64,000 bases of DNA from an uncultured Pelagibacteraceae bacterium. GTDB lineage: Bacteria > Pseudomonadota > Alphaproteobacteria > Pelagibacterales > Pelagibacteraceae. Position numbers and translations under genes: made by a program. The notes beneath the pieces are model-generated. The model had not been told where the DNA came from. It ran no database searches and saw nothing but the letters and a program-made list of their open reading frames with translations. Positions within the stretch are counted from its first letter, which is position 1, and every line of letters begins with the position of its first letter. Shown piece after piece: positions 43,507-54,830 of the stretch. The stretch is from assembly GCA_902571055.1 (NCBI GenBank), contig CACGAM010000003.1, forward strand, positions 2,070-66,069, written 5' to 3'.

Positions 43507-44312
43507 ATATTGTCTATAAAACGAATATTCTTATAATAATAAGAAATAAAAATTTTAAAATTTGTTTCATTGCAATTTTTACTAAGAGTATGCTTGTTAC
43601 GCAATTCTAAATATTCCAATTTGACACCCATTTTACATATTAAATTCTTAATATCATAAATTTTATTTTTAAATTTAAAATTTTTTTTTAATCTTAATTT
43701 AAATGATTTTAATATTAAAAAAATTTCACTTAATATATAAAGATCTTCTTTAATTAAAAGTTGATTTCTTGAAGATAAAGCAAATGTATTTTTGTGTCTG
43801 ATAGTTTTACAAGCAACTACTTTTATATTAAATCTTTTTCTAACAAAATTGCTGATAATTTTGAGTTGCTGATAATCCTTTTCTCCAAGAAAAATTTTTT
43901 TAACGTTTAATTTAATTAAATATTGATTTATTACTCGTAATACACCTTCAAAGTGCCCCGGTCTATACTTTGCACATAATATTTTATTAATCTTTGGAAT
44001 TTTAATTGATCTATTTTCTTTAGAACCATAAACGTCTGAATATTTTGGTAAAAGGACATAATCTACTTTTAGATTTCTTAAAATCTTAATATCTTTCTTT
44101 GTGTTTCTTGGATAATTTCTAAAATCTTTTTTATTATTAAATTGTTTAGGATTGACAAAAATACTCACCAATGTTTTTTTGCAAATTTTTTTACATTTCT
44201 TTATAAGTGAATTATGTCCGTTATGAATTGAACCCATTGTGGGTACAAACCCAATATTATCAATATTTTCTATGTACTTATTTAATTTATTAATACTTTT
44301 AAAAATTATCAT
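43503..44312 (-). CDS. panC: Pantoate-beta-alanine ligase
   Basis: GFVPTMGSIHNGH, SIFVNPKQF, RPGHFEGV, GEKDYQQ, ALSSRN, RFIDNI. Confidence 0.95.
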   Translation of the reverse strand: MIIFKSINKLNKYIENIDNIGFVPTMGSIHNGHNSLIKKCKKICKKTLVSIFVNPKQFNNKKDFRNYPRNTKKDIKILRNLKVDYVLLPKYSDVYGSKENRSIKIPKINKILCAKYRPGHFEGVLRVINQYLIKLNVKKIFLGEKDYQQLKIISNFVRKRFNIKVVACKTIRHKNTFALSSRNQLLIKEDLYILSEIFLILKSFKLRLKKNFKFKNKIYDIKNLICKMGVKLEYLELRNKHTLSKNCNETNFKIFISYYYKNIRFIDNI

Positions 44313-44341
44313 TTATGATACTTGATAAATTATATTTATAC

Positions 44342-45157
44342 ATGATTAAACAAGCAATAATACCACTTGCAGGTTTGGGCACAAGACTTTTACCATTAAC
44401 AACTGTCTTCGCAAAAGAACTTCTCCCAATTAATGGTAGGCCAGGAATTGAATATATTTTAGACGAATGTGTTGAAGCTGGTATTAGGGATATAGTATTT
44501 ATAATCTCAAAAAAAAAAAATGTTATTAAAAAATACTTTTATAATGACAAATTTTATAAAAAAATTCTAAAAAAAAAAAAAGATAAAAGATTAAAAAAAG
44601 AATACGAAAAGATTTTAAAGTACAGAAAAATGATAAAATTTGTTTATCAGAACATACCCAAAGGCACTGGTGATGCAGTTTTAAAAACAAAAAAATACAT
44701 TAAAGACAAATATTTTCTTATGCTATTACCTGATGATTTAATTATTAAGAGAAATTGCTCAAAAGATATGATTAAAATATTTAAAAAAAAGAAATGTTCA
44801 GTAATGGCTAGTATGGTAGTCAAAAAGAATAATGTAAGTCGGTGGGGTATTTATTCTATTAACTCAAAAATAGATAAAAATAATTTTTATATTAAAGATG
44901 TAATTGAAAAACCTAAAATTACAGAAGCTCCATCTAGAAATGCAGTTATCGGGAGATATATTTTGCCAAATGAAATTTTCTCTAAATTAAAAAAACAAAA
45001 AAAAGGGAAGGGTGGAGAGATTCATATTACTGACTCGATAAGAAGTTTAATAAATGAGGGAAATAAATTTATTGGTCATAATTTTAAGGGTGAATATTTA
45101 GATTGTGGTACCATGGACGGATATATCAAATCATCAAACAGGATTTCTAAATTATGA
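44342..45157 (+). CDS. galU: UTP-glucose-1-phosphate uridylyltransferase
   Basis: AIIPLAGLGTRLLP..KELLPI, GTGDAVL, EKP, GRYIL, DCGT; start moved to MIKQAII at 44342. Confidence 0.9.
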   Translation: MIKQAIIPLAGLGTRLLPLTTVFAKELLPINGRPGIEYILDECVEAGIRDIVFIISKKKNVIKKYFYNDKFYKKILKKKKDKRLKKEYEKILKYRKMIKFVYQNIPKGTGDAVLKTKKYIKDKYFLMLLPDDLIIKRNCSKDMIKIFKKKKCSVMASMVVKKNNVSRWGIYSINSKIDKNNFYIKDVIEKPKITEAPSRNAVIGRYILPNEIFSKLKKQKKGKGGEIHITDSIRSLINEGNKFIGHNFKGEYLDCGTMDGYIKSSNRISKL

Positions 45158-46455
45158 AATTATGTATGATTGGTACTGGATATGTTGGTTTGGTTAGTGG
45201 TGTATGTTTTTCGGACCTTGGAAACAATGTTATTTGTGTTGACAAAGACAAATCTAAAATAAATGCACTAAATAAAGGTATCATTCCAATTTATGAGCCA
45301 GGCCTTGAAGAAATATTAAAAAGAAATTTTAAACAAAAAAGAATTAATTTTACTGACAATTTGAAAGATGCTGTAACTAAATCAGATATAATTTTTATAT
45401 GCGTTGGAACACCAACCAAAAAAAATACAAATTCGGCGGATCTCCGATATGTTTTTAATGCTGCTAAGGAAATTAAAAAATTTATTAAAAAATATAAAAT
45501 AATAGTAACTAAATCTACAGTACCTGTTTCAACAGGCGATCAACTTGAAAAGATTTTTTCCATACTAAAGAAAAAAAAGCTTGTAGATGTTGTTTCAAAT
45601 CCTGAATTTTTAAGAGAAGGTGAAGCAATTAGAGATTTTATTAATCCTGATAGAGTAGTTGTTGGCACAAATAGTAAGAGAGCAAACAGAATTTTAAAAT
45701 TACTATATCAGCCCATTGTAAAAAAAAATAGTAGATATATAAAAACGAGCAGAAGAGGAGCGGAATTGATTAAATATGCATCTAACGCATTTTTAGCAAC
45801 AAAAATCTCATATATAAATGAACTAGCCAATTTATGCGAAAAAACAGATGTTGATATTAAAGATATATCAATAGGGATGGGTTTAGACGAGAGAATTGGT
45901 GAAAGATTTTTGCGAGCAGGACCAGCTTACGGAGGGTCTTGTTTTCCTAAAGATACAAGAGCCTTAATTGACACTGGTAAGAATTTTAGAACTGATCTTA
46001 CGATTGTTAAAACTGTAGTGAAATCAAATGAAAATAGAAAGAAAATGTTAACAAAAAGAATTCATACTATTTTGGGAAATAAAATTAAAAATAAACAAAT
46101 AACATTTTTAGGAGTAACATTTAAACCAAATACTGATGATATGAGAGAAGCTTCTAGTTTATATATGATTCCTTATTTGGTTAGAAAAGGTGTTAAAGTA
46201 AAATATTTTGATCCATCTGGAAAAAAAGATGTTTTTAATAACAAAAATATAGAATATTGTAAAAATATAAGTTCTGCATGCTTTAGAAGCGATTTGATAA
46301 TTATTCACACTGAGTGGAATGAATTTAAATTTATAGACTTTAAAAAAATAGTGAAAAAAAACAATTTTAAAATTTATGACATGAGAAATATATATGATCC
46401 AAAAAGAATGAAGTTAAATAAAATAAAGTATTTTGCTGTAGGAAGAACTGTTTAA
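45154..46455 (+). CDS. ugd: UDP-glucose 6-dehydrogenase
   Basis: GTGYVGL, KSTVP, NPEFLREG, YGGSCFPKD, FKPNTDDMR. Confidence 0.96.
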   Translation: MKLCMIGTGYVGLVSGVCFSDLGNNVICVDKDKSKINALNKGIIPIYEPGLEEILKRNFKQKRINFTDNLKDAVTKSDIIFICVGTPTKKNTNSADLRYVFNAAKEIKKFIKKYKIIVTKSTVPVSTGDQLEKIFSILKKKKLVDVVSNPEFLREGEAIRDFINPDRVVVGTNSKRANRILKLLYQPIVKKNSRYIKTSRRGAELIKYASNAFLATKISYINELANLCEKTDVDIKDISIGMGLDERIGERFLRAGPAYGGSCFPKDTRALIDTGKNFRTDLTIVKTVVKSNENRKKMLTKRIHTILGNKIKNKQITFLGVTFKPNTDDMREASSLYMIPYLVRKGVKVKYFDPSGKKDVFNNKNIEYCKNISSACFRSDLIIIHTEWNEFKFIDFKKIVKKNNFKIYDMRNIYDPKRMKLNKIKYFAVGRTV

Positions 46456-46913
46456 ATTATCTCAAAAATTGCATCAACCTCAACAGCCACACCAAGAGGA
46501 AGACTGTTTGCACTTACAGCCGCCCTCGAGTGTTTGCCATTATCTTCAAAAATTAAAAAAATTAGATCGGATGCTCCATTTATAACTTTTGGTTGTTCTG
46601 TAAATTCTGGAACTGAATTCACATACCCTGTCAATTTAATGCAAGATTTAACTTTATTTAAATCCCCATCGCAAAACTTTTTTGCTTGAGCTATTAATGA
46701 TAATGCACATCGTTTTGCAGCTTCGTATCCTTCTTCCGTAGTAAGATCCTTTCCAAGTTTTCCTTTTATTAAAGTGTTTTTCTCATCTATTGAAATTTGT
46801 CCTGAAATAAATAAAAGATTGTTGCTTTTTTTACATGATAAGTATGATCCAACAGGATCTGAAGCTTTGGGTAAATTTATATTATTTTTCTTTAAATTTT
46901 CTTCTGGAATCAT
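46452..46913 (-). CDS. RidA/YjgF family protein
   Basis: PVGSY, FISGQI, VINGASDL, HSRAAVS..SLPLGVAVEVD. Confidence 0.9.
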   Translation of the reverse strand: MIPEENLKKNNINLPKASDPVGSYLSCKKSNNLLFISGQISIDEKNTLIKGKLGKDLTTEEGYEAAKRCALSLIAQAKKFCDGDLNKVKSCIKLTGYVNSVPEFTEQPKVINGASDLIFLIFEDNGKHSRAAVSANSLPLGVAVEVDAIFEII

Positions 46914-47131
46914 TCTTTTTTTTTAAACCAGTCAGAAATATATTTTTTTTCTTTAATATTTGAGGTATCCAATTCTACATTTGATAGTTTACTTGATGAA
47001 TCTTTTCCTAATCCAACAGATTTACAAAGTATTTTGCTTACTAACTTTTTATCCTCACAATTATTCTCATTAGAGTAAGTCACACTACTAAACATAAAGA
47101 AAATCGAGACTGTAAGTATAATTTTTTTCAT
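46910..47131 (-). CDS. Small secreted hypothetical protein
   Basis: Signal peptide MKKIILTVSIFFMFSSVTYS, two Cys, fills the gap between topA and the RidA gene with tight coupling. Confidence 0.75.
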   Translation of the reverse strand: MKKIILTVSIFFMFSSVTYSNENNCEDKKLVSKILCKSVGLGKDSSSKLSNVELDTSNIKEKKYISDWFKKKE

Positions 47132-47133
47132 TA

Positions 47134-49677
47134 TTATTTTTTTCCTTTTTTCTTTTTTTTATCGTATTCTCTTCTTTTCTCAATCAAAATTAAAGCGTCT
47201 TCCATAGTCAGTTCCAGCGGATCTTTTTCTTCAGGTATAGTAGCATTTAATGATTTGTATTTTATATATGGACCATATTGACCCTTCATGATTCGGACTG
47301 GCTTTTTATCCTCAGGATGCTCTCCTAAATCTTTAATTAATGATGACGATATTCTTCCAGGTTTAGCTTCAGCTATTAATGTTATTGCTCTATTTAAGCC
47401 AATAGTAAATAATTCGTCCACATTTTCTAATCTAGCAGATTTATTTTCACATTTAAGATATGGACCAAACCTACCAGAATTTACAGTAATATCCTTACCA
47501 CTGTCAGGATGTTGACCTAAAATTTTGGGTAATGAACATAAATATTTTGCTTTATCTAAGTCTATAGTTTCAATGTCTATACCTTTTGGTATAGATACAT
47601 TTTTTAAGTTGTCGTTTTCTTTTTTTTTCTTTTTTTTCTTTATTACGTCCCTATTATCATTCACTTCATATTGCAAATATGGACCAAATCTTCCATTTTT
47701 TAAAAATATTTCCTTACCATTGTCGTGGGACCCAATTAATTTTGGTTCAGATAAAGCAATTTGATCTTTAGCCTTCGCTTTAGATAGAGGTCTAGTAAAC
47801 TTGCATTCTGGATAATTAGAACAACCAATAAATGCACCACCTCGAAAGCTATTTTTTAAGCTTAATTCACCGTTGTTGCATAATTTACATTTTCTGTCTA
47901 TTTCCCCATCATTTGACTCAAAAATAAGTTCTCCTAAACTATCATTTAAAAGATCAAGAACCTCTCTTGTTCTTTTTTCTTTCACATTAGATACATTAAC
48001 ATTAAAATCATTCCAAAATTTTTCTAATACTTTAATCCAGTCTTCTTTACCAGAAGTAATATTATCGAGTTGATCCTCCAAATCTGCTGTAAATCCATAG
48101 TCTACATATTTTGTAAATAATTTTTCCAAAAATGCTGATAACAATTTACCTCTGTCAGTAGGAAAAAAACGTTTATTTACAACTTCTGCATAACCTCTAT
48201 TAGATATTACAGATATTATACTAGCATAAGTGGAGGGTCTTCCTATACCAAGTTCCTCTAATTTTTTTACAAGACTTGCCTCAGAGTATCTTGGAGGTGG
48301 TTGTGTGAAATGTTGTTCATCTACAAAATTATTAATTTTTACTTTCTCTTTTTTAACATTAGGAAGTATTGTATCATCTTCATTTTCGTTCTGCTTAACA
48401 ACTTTTAAAAATCCATCAAATTTTAAAGTTGAGCCAGAACATTTAAATTGATCTAAATTGTCTTCAGAGGCTATAGTTATTGTTTTTCTGTCAAATTTTG
48501 CTGGCTCCATTTGTGACGATAAAGCTCTAGACCATATTAAGTCATAAAGTTTTATTTGATCTGTGCTTAGAAACTTTTTCATTTCCTCTGGGGTTCTTTT
48601 TATATCTGTAGGTCTTATAGCCTCATGTGCTTCCTGTGCATTTTTCGCTTTTTTACCAGAATAATTATTAGCCTCTTTTGGTAAATAATTTTCTCCGTAA
48701 GAAATCTGAATAAAATCTCTAAAATCCTCTATTGCATCTTTCGAAATATTTGTGCCGTCAGTCCTCATATAAGTAATTAGACCTACAGTATCACCTGAAA
48801 TATCAATACCCTGATATAATCTTTGTGCAATTTGCATTGTTCTTGAAGCACCAAATCCTAATTTACTAGAGGCCGTTTGCTGTAGTGTTGATGTTGTAAA
48901 AGGTCCTTGTGGATTTCTTGTGTAGGTTTTTGAACTTATATCAACTATTTTATATTCTTTCTTTTTAATTTTTTCTAATGCGTTTGAAACATCGTTTTTA
49001 TTCTTAAATGAAAATTTTTCGATTTTATTGTTATCAATTGAAACTATATTTGAATTCAAAAGATCACCGCTAGAAGTTTTAAATACAACATTTAGTGTCC
49101 AAAACTCATCTGGATTAAATAATTCAATTTCATGTTCTCTTTCTGTTAACAATCTCAAGGCAACTGATTGAACCCTACCAGCTGATTTAGATCCAGGTAA
49201 TTTAGTCCAAAGAATAGGAGAAATATTAAATCCTACTAGATAGTCCAATGCTCTTCTAGCCATATATGCGTCAACAAGATTTGACTCTATGTTTCTAGGA
49301 TTGTCGATTCCACTGGTTACTGCTTTTTTTGTTATCTCATTAAATACAACTCTTTCAACGGTTTTATCTTTTAAAAGTTTTTTTTCATTCAAATACTCTT
49401 TTACATGCCATGCAATTGCCTCGCCCTCCCTGTCAGGATCAGTTGCAAGAATAATTTTTTTAGAAATTTTGGCTACATCTGTAATCTCTTTTAAGTATTT
49501 TTTTGAAAAACTATCAATTTCCCATATCATCTTAAATTTCTCTTCAGGACTAACGGATCCATTTTTGGATGGCAGATCTCTAATATGACCATAACTAGCT
49601 AAAACAGTATATTCATCACCTAAATATTTGTTTATAGTTTTTGCTTTTGCTGGGCTTTCAACTATTACAAGATTCAT
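47134..49677 (-). CDS. topA: DNA topoisomerase I
   Basis: VESPAKAKTI, ATDPDREGEAI, SAGRVQS, ITYMRTD, Zn ribbon, C-terminal GRFGPY repeats. Confidence 0.99.
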   Translation of the reverse strand: MNLVIVESPAKAKTINKYLGDEYTVLASYGHIRDLPSKNGSVSPEEKFKMIWEIDSFSKKYLKEITDVAKISKKIILATDPDREGEAIAWHVKEYLNEKKLLKDKTVERVVFNEITKKAVTSGIDNPRNIESNLVDAYMARRALDYLVGFNISPILWTKLPGSKSAGRVQSVALRLLTEREHEIELFNPDEFWTLNVVFKTSSGDLLNSNIVSIDNNKIEKFSFKNKNDVSNALEKIKKKEYKIVDISSKTYTRNPQGPFTTSTLQQTASSKLGFGASRTMQIAQRLYQGIDISGDTVGLITYMRTDGTNISKDAIEDFRDFIQISYGENYLPKEANNYSGKKAKNAQEAHEAIRPTDIKRTPEEMKKFLSTDQIKLYDLIWSRALSSQMEPAKFDRKTITIASEDNLDQFKCSGSTLKFDGFLKVVKQNENEDDTILPNVKKEKVKINNFVDEQHFTQPPPRYSEASLVKKLEELGIGRPSTYASIISVISNRGYAEVVNKRFFPTDRGKLLSAFLEKLFTKYVDYGFTADLEDQLDNITSGKEDWIKVLEKFWNDFNVNVSNVKEKRTREVLDLLNDSLGELIFESNDGEIDRKCKLCNNGELSLKNSFRGGAFIGCSNYPECKFTRPLSKAKAKDQIALSEPKLIGSHDNGKEIFLKNGRFGPYLQYEVNDNRDVIKKKKKKKENDNLKNVSIPKGIDIETIDLDKAKYLCSLPKILGQHPDSGKDITVNSGRFGPYLKCENKSARLENVDELFTIGLNRAITLIAEAKPGRISSSLIKDLGEHPEDKKPVRIMKGQYGPYIKYKSLNATIPEEKDPLELTMEDALILIEKRREYDKKKKKGKK

Positions 49678-49717
49678 TTTTTAATAAACTAAACTAAAAA
49701 TTACGTTGATAGTCAAA

Positions 49718-50317
49718 TTAATAAATTTTTGTTTTAGTTTCCTCGCGATTCTTAAGCCTTTTAATATTATCTCTGTGATTATAAAAAATTAATATAAATA
49801 TTATTCCGAAAAAAAAATAATTTTGATTATAAAATATAAAGTAACTTATAAATGGTATCGATATACTAGCAATTAAAGATGATAAAGATGAATATTTAAA
49901 AAGTATTAAAGTTGCCAACCAAATTAGTCCAAACAAAATTCCTAAATATATATTTAAACAAAATAAAATACCTACATACGTGGCAACACCTTTACCTCCT
50001 TTAAATTTTAACCATACAGGAAAAACATGCCCTATAAATACACTTAATGATGATATATACAGGTATTCTATAAAATAAATTTTTACAATTATAACAGGTA
50101 TTACTGCTTTAATTATATCTAAACATAGAGTTAAATATCCAATAAACTTATTTCCTGTTCGAAGAACATTAGTTGCTCCTATGTTGCCAGATCCAATATT
50201 TCTTATATCTTTACCTAAAAATAATTTTGATAGCACATATCCAAAAGGGATAGATCCCAATATGTAGGAAAAAATGATAATTATAACTAATTCTTTAATA
50301 CTATATATATCTTCCAT
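49718..50317 (-). CDS. plsY: Glycerol-3-phosphate acyltransferase PlsY
   Basis: GSIPFG, GSGNIGATNVLR, GHVFPVW..FKGGKGVAT, HRDNIKRL. Confidence 0.97.
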   Translation of the reverse strand: MEDIYSIKELVIIIIFSYILGSIPFGYVLSKLFLGKDIRNIGSGNIGATNVLRTGNKFIGYLTLCLDIIKAVIPVIIVKIYFIEYLYISSLSVFIGHVFPVWLKFKGGKGVATYVGILFCLNIYLGILFGLIWLATLILFKYSSLSSLIASISIPFISYFIFYNQNYFFFGIIFILIFYNHRDNIKRLKNREETKTKIY

Positions 50318-51607
50318 TTATAATTTATAAAGTTCTTCACCTTTTATGTAAGTATTTAAAACTTTTCCTTGAAGTTTTTTATTCTCTATACTTGTATTTT
50401 TTGATTTTGAAATTAGCTTTTCTTTTTTAACTATCCAAGGTTTATTTATGTCTACAACACAAAAATCTGCGTCATTACCTATAGATAAATTTCCTTTATC
50501 AATATTAAGAATTCTTGCAGGGTTACTTGTTAATGTCTCAATTATTTTAAAAAGTTTTACTGACTCATTATGGTATAATTCCAAAGATAGTGGTAACAAA
50601 GTTTCAACACCACTTGCGCCTGTAGCTGCCTGAGCAAAAGTTAGTCTTTTAGATTCCTCATCTTCAGGTTTATGGTCAGAAACGATGACATCAATCAAAT
50701 TTTTGTTTAGTCCCTCTACTAATGATAACCTATCTTCTTCTGTCCTTAAAGGGGGTGATAATTTTAAAAATGTTCTAAAGTCACCTATATCATTTTCATT
50801 TAATGATAAATTATTTATAGATACTCCTGTGGTAAAATTAACTTCATCTTTTCTCTTTTTTATTACCTCTATTGATTTTGCAGACGAAATTTGTGAAATA
50901 TGATATCTGCAGTTAAAATCCTCTAATAAACTCAGATCTCTTTCAATTATTATTTTTTCAGCTAATTCAGTAATTCCCTGTAAACCAAGCTTTGTTGATA
51001 TTATACCATCATTTACAGTTCCATTTTCCGCTAGATCAATATCCTCTGCGTGCTGCATTATAAGTGAGCCTAAATCATATGCGGATCTCATAATTCGTGA
51101 CATTAACCTAGAATTTTGAATTGTTTTGATACCGTCTGTAAAACCAATGATCCCCTTTTTTTGCAATAATCCAAACTCAGTCATATTTTTTCCCTCGAGA
51201 TTTTTTGTTAACGATGCAGTTGGGTATATGTTTATTTTTGATTTATCTCTTCCTCTTCTCTTCAAAAAATCAACAATTGACACATTGTCAATAATAGGTG
51301 AGGTGTTAGGCATAGTAACTGTTGACGTAACACCTCCAGATAGAGCTGCGTTACTTAAAGTTTTAAAATTTTCTTTATATTCGTATCCTGGTTCACCTAC
51401 GAAAACTCGCATGTCAACTATACCTGGGAATAAATGTTTATTACTTAAATCTATATATTTTTCTCTAGATGGAATATTGTTTTTATTGACCTTTTTTCCA
51501 ACAGCATCAATTTTTCCATTTTCATTAATTATTAAACCACCAACCTCATCTAAAGAGTTTTTTGGATCAATAATATGAGCATTCAAAAAATATTTTTTTT
51601 TCATCAT
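50318..51607 (-). CDS. pyrC: Dihydroorotase (PyrC/PyrC'-type)
   Basis: [32 protein letters not shown]; follows pyrB. DMRV instead of DxHxH suggests a degenerate metal site. Confidence 0.88.
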   Translation of the reverse strand: MMKKKYFLNAHIIDPKNSLDEVGGLIINENGKIDAVGKKVNKNNIPSREKYIDLSNKHLFPGIVDMRVFVGEPGYEYKENFKTLSNAALSGGVTSTVTMPNTSPIIDNVSIVDFLKRRGRDKSKINIYPTASLTKNLEGKNMTEFGLLQKKGIIGFTDGIKTIQNSRLMSRIMRSAYDLGSLIMQHAEDIDLAENGTVNDGIISTKLGLQGITELAEKIIIERDLSLLEDFNCRYHISQISSAKSIEVIKKRKDEVNFTTGVSINNLSLNENDIGDFRTFLKLSPPLRTEEDRLSLVEGLNKNLIDVIVSDHKPEDEESKRLTFAQAATGASGVETLLPLSLELYHNESVKLFKIIETLTSNPARILNIDKGNLSIGNDADFCVVDINKPWIVKKEKLISKSKNTSIENKKLQGKVLNTYIKGEELYKL

Positions 51608-52542
51608 TCACAAAAAAGTTTTAAACAAGCCATTCTTACAGCTACACCCAGTTCAACTTGTTCTTTTATTACGCTTTTATTCATATCATCTGCTAGTTTA
51701 GTATCTATTTCTATTCCTCTATTCATTGGACCAGGATGCATAATTAAAGCATCATCTTTTGCAAAATTAAGTTTGTCTGGTGTAAGTCCATAGTATTCAT
51801 AATATTCTCTATTTGAGGAAAGAAATGAACTTGACATTCTCTCGTTTTGTAATCTTAACATCATTACGATATCACAATCCGTGACACCTTTTTTCATGTC
51901 TGTAAATTTGTTTATTCCAAGTTTATCCAAGTCCCTAGGCATTAAGTTTGATGGCGCAATTATATTTACCTCTGCTCCTAACATATTTAATAAATATATA
52001 TTTGATCTTGCTACTCTTGAGTGAAGGATGTCTCCACATATTGCAATCTTAAGCCCTTCAATTTTTTTTTTACGATCGATGATTGTCAACGCATCTAATA
52101 ATGCCTGTGTTGGATGTTCACGCCTTCCGTCACCGGCGTTTAATACTGCACAATTTACTTTCTGTGATAATAAATTGCATGCACCAGAATCTTGATGTCT
52201 AATTACAATTATATCTGGATGCATAGCATTTAGTGTCATAGCTGTATCAATTAATGTTTCTCCTTTTTTAATTGCTGAATTTGTAATATTCATTGACATC
52301 ACATCCGCTCCTAATCTTTTACCGGCTAATTCGAAAGAACTTTGTGTTCTAGTTGAAGGTTCAAAAAATAAATTAATTTGTGTTTTTCCTCTTAGTATGT
52401 CGATTTTCTTACTTTTACTTTTATTTAATGTAATAAAGTTTTTAGCTTCATTCAAAATGTAATTGATATCTTTAATTGATAGATCTTGAATACCCAACAA
52501 GTGTTTTTGAGAAATTTTAATAGCTTTGTTTGATATTGCCAT
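51604..52542 (-). CDS. pyrB: Aspartate carbamoyltransferase catalytic subunit
   Basis: [29 protein letters not shown]. Confidence 0.99.
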   Translation of the reverse strand: MAISNKAIKISQKHLLGIQDLSIKDINYILNEAKNFITLNKSKSKKIDILRGKTQINLFFEPSTRTQSSFELAGKRLGADVMSMNITNSAIKKGETLIDTAMTLNAMHPDIIVIRHQDSGACNLLSQKVNCAVLNAGDGRREHPTQALLDALTIIDRKKKIEGLKIAICGDILHSRVARSNIYLLNMLGAEVNIIAPSNLMPRDLDKLGINKFTDMKKGVTDCDIVMMLRLQNERMSSSFLSSNREYYEYYGLTPDKLNFAKDDALIMHPGPMNRGIEIDTKLADDMNKSVIKEQVELGVAVRMACLKLFCE

Positions 52543-52584
52543 TAAAACAAACTCTATAACTTTATTAATAGATTAATGCAAGCT

Positions 52585-53040
52585 TTAATTATTTAAATAA
52601 TCTAAAGCTCCCTGAAGTATAAAAGCTGCAGCTTTTTCATCTATATTTTTTTTCTTTTTAGAAAAATTTATATCTAAATTGCTTGATATATTAAATGCAC
52701 CGGACGTTGAAAGTCTTTCATCCCACATGGCAATTATCAAATCTAATTCTTTTTCGATAACTTTTGCCTTATCGTTTATTGACTGAGCGCTTTTTCCAAA
52801 GGAACCATCCATATTAATAGGATTTCCAATTATTACTGCAAAAATATTGTTGTCTTTTATAATATTTTTTAATTCATTCACCAAATACTCCATATTTTTG
52901 TATTCAATTGTTTTGTATGGAGATGCTATTTTTCTTTTATCGTCACATATAGCTATACCTATGCGTTTTGTTCCTAAATCTAAACCGATTAATCTAGCGT
53001 TACTTGCTAATTTATCTTTAAGTTCATCTAAAGTGACCAT
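52585..53040 (-). CDS. ruvX: YqgF/RuvX pre-16S rRNA nuclease
   Basis: GLDLGTKRIGIA, GNPINMDG, WDERLST, DEKAAAFILQ. Confidence 0.95.
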   Translation of the reverse strand: MVTLDELKDKLASNARLIGLDLGTKRIGIAICDDKRKIASPYKTIEYKNMEYLVNELKNIIKDNNIFAVIIGNPINMDGSFGKSAQSINDKAKVIEKELDLIIAMWDERLSTSGAFNISSNLDINFSKKKKNIDEKAAAFILQGALDYLNN

Positions 53041-53085
53041 ATTGTATTTTTTAGATTAAATGGTAGTTTTCAATATTCTTATCAT

Positions 53086-53373
53086 ATGACAATAGATCTT
53101 AAAACAGTAAAGCATATTTCAAAACTTTCAAGAATATCAATAGAAGAGGAGAAGGCAAAAAGGCTAACCAATGATCTAAACTCAATATTTAAATTTATTG
53201 AAAAATTAAACGAGTTAGATACTAGCAAGACTGAACCTTTAACCTCAGTAGCAGAAACAACTTTAAAATTAAGAAAAGATAAAATTCTGTCTAAAAATAT
53301 TAGAGAGGATATTTTAAAAAATTCTCCAGAAAAAAATAAAGATTTTTTTGTAGTACCTAAGGTAGTCGAGTAA
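53086..53373 (+). CDS. gatC: Asp/Glu-tRNA amidotransferase subunit C
   Basis: VKHISKLSRI, LNELDT, FFVVPKVVE. Confidence 0.97.
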   Translation: MTIDLKTVKHISKLSRISIEEEKAKRLTNDLNSIFKFIEKLNELDTSKTEPLTSVAETTLKLRKDKILSKNIREDILKNSPEKNKDFFVVPKVVE

Positions 53374-54830
53374 TGTCTGAAATAAATAATTTAAAATTAT
53401 GTGATCTAGTAGATAAAATTAAAAATAAAAAATTGTCTTCAAAAGAAATAACCGAGGCGTTTATTGATAGATCAAAAAAATCTAGTAAATTAAATTCATA
53501 TATTACAGAAAATTTTGATAATGCCTTAAATCGTTCCAAAGAGTTTGATGAAAAACCAGACTTTAATAAAAAAATACCTGGTATCCCTTTAGCAGTTAAA
53601 GATCTATTTTGTACTAAAAATTTGAGGACTACAGCAGGGAGTAAAATTTTAGAAAATTTTATTCCTACTTACGAGTCGACCGTAACACAAAATATCATAG
53701 ATCATGGCGGTATAATAATTGGAAAATTAAATTGTGATGAATTTGCAATGGGTTCTTCAAATGAAACAAGCAATTATGGCAATGTTCAGAATCCTATCTC
53801 AGAAAATTTAGTACCGGGAGGATCATCTGGTGGATCTTCTGCAGCACTTGCGGCCAAATTAACACCTGCCACAATTGGAACTGACACAGGCGGCTCTATA
53901 AGACAACCTGCATCTTTCACCGGAACTGTTGGCCTAAAACCAACTTATGGTAGTTGTTCCAGATATGGAATAGTTGCTTTTGCTTCATCTTTAGATCAAG
54001 CAGGACCTATGACACACGATGTAAAAGATTGTGCATTGCTTTTAGAAGTAATGAGCTCTTTTGATACAAAAGACTCAACCTCTGTTGAATTTACAAGAGG
54101 TAATTACCTAAATGATTTAAACGAAAACATAAAGGGTAAAAAAATTGGTATACCAAAAGAGTATAGAGTCGATGGAATGCCAAAAGAAATAGAGGATCTT
54201 TGGGAGAAAGGAATTAAAATTATTAAAGATAATGGAGGTGATGTAATAGAAATATCACTTCCAAACACTAATTTCGCATTACCCGCTTATTATATTGTTG
54301 CACCTGCAGAGGCCTCATCAAATTTAGCAAGATACGATGGTGTTAAATATGGCTTTAGATCTAAAGGTGAAAATTTAATTGATATGTATGAAAAAACAAG
54401 ATCAGAGGGCTTTGGTGACGAAGTTAAAAGAAGAATTATGATTGGTACATATGTTTTATCCTCTGGTTATTATGATGCTTATTATCTTAAAGCACAAAAA
54501 GTAAGAAGATTAATTAAAAATGATTTTGATGAGGCTTATAAAAAAGTAGACGCTATTTTAACCCCATCTACACCTAGTTCAGCGTTTAAAATAGGAGAAA
54601 AATTAAATGATCCTGTTTCAATGTATTTAAATGATATTTTCACCGTTCCTATAAATTTAGCTGGCTTACCTGCAATCTCAATCCCTGCAGGTCATGATAA
54701 TAATGGATTTCCTTTGGGACTACAGATTATTGGAAAGGCATTTGATGAACAAAACATTTTAAATATTGCATATTCAATTGAAAAAAATATTGGATATAAA
54801 AATCATATAAACGACTGGTGGATTAAATGA
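53373..54830 (+). CDS. gatA: Asp/Glu-tRNA amidotransferase subunit A
   Basis: Amidase signature [28 protein letters not shown]. Confidence 0.99.
   Translation: MSEINNLKLCDLVDKIKNKKLSSKEITEAFIDRSKKSSKLNSYITENFDNALNRSKEFDEKPDFNKKIPGIPLAVKDLFCTKNLRTTAGSKILENFIPTYESTVTQNIIDHGGIIIGKLNCDEFAMGSSNETSNYGNVQNPISENLVPGGSSGGSSAALAAKLTPATIGTDTGGSIRQPASFTGTVGLKPTYGSCSRYGIVAFASSLDQAGPMTHDVKDCALLLEVMSSFDTKDSTSVEFTRGNYLNDLNENIKGKKIGIPKEYRVDGMPKEIEDLWEKGIKIIKDNGGDVIEISLPNTNFALPAYYIVAPAEASSNLARYDGVKYGFRSKGENLIDMYEKTRSEGFGDEVKRRIMIGTYVLSSGYYDAYYLKAQKVRRLIKNDFDEAYKKVDAILTPSTPSSAFKIGEKLNDPVSMYLNDIFTVPINLAGLPAISIPAGHDNNGFPLGLQIIGKAFDEQNILNIAYSIEKNIGYKNHINDWWIK

Noticed and set aside
44315-44341. 9-aa N-terminal extension of GalU in the ORF track
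   Set aside because: The family motif starts at MIKQAII (44342); the upstream ATG is 2 nt from the divergent panC start
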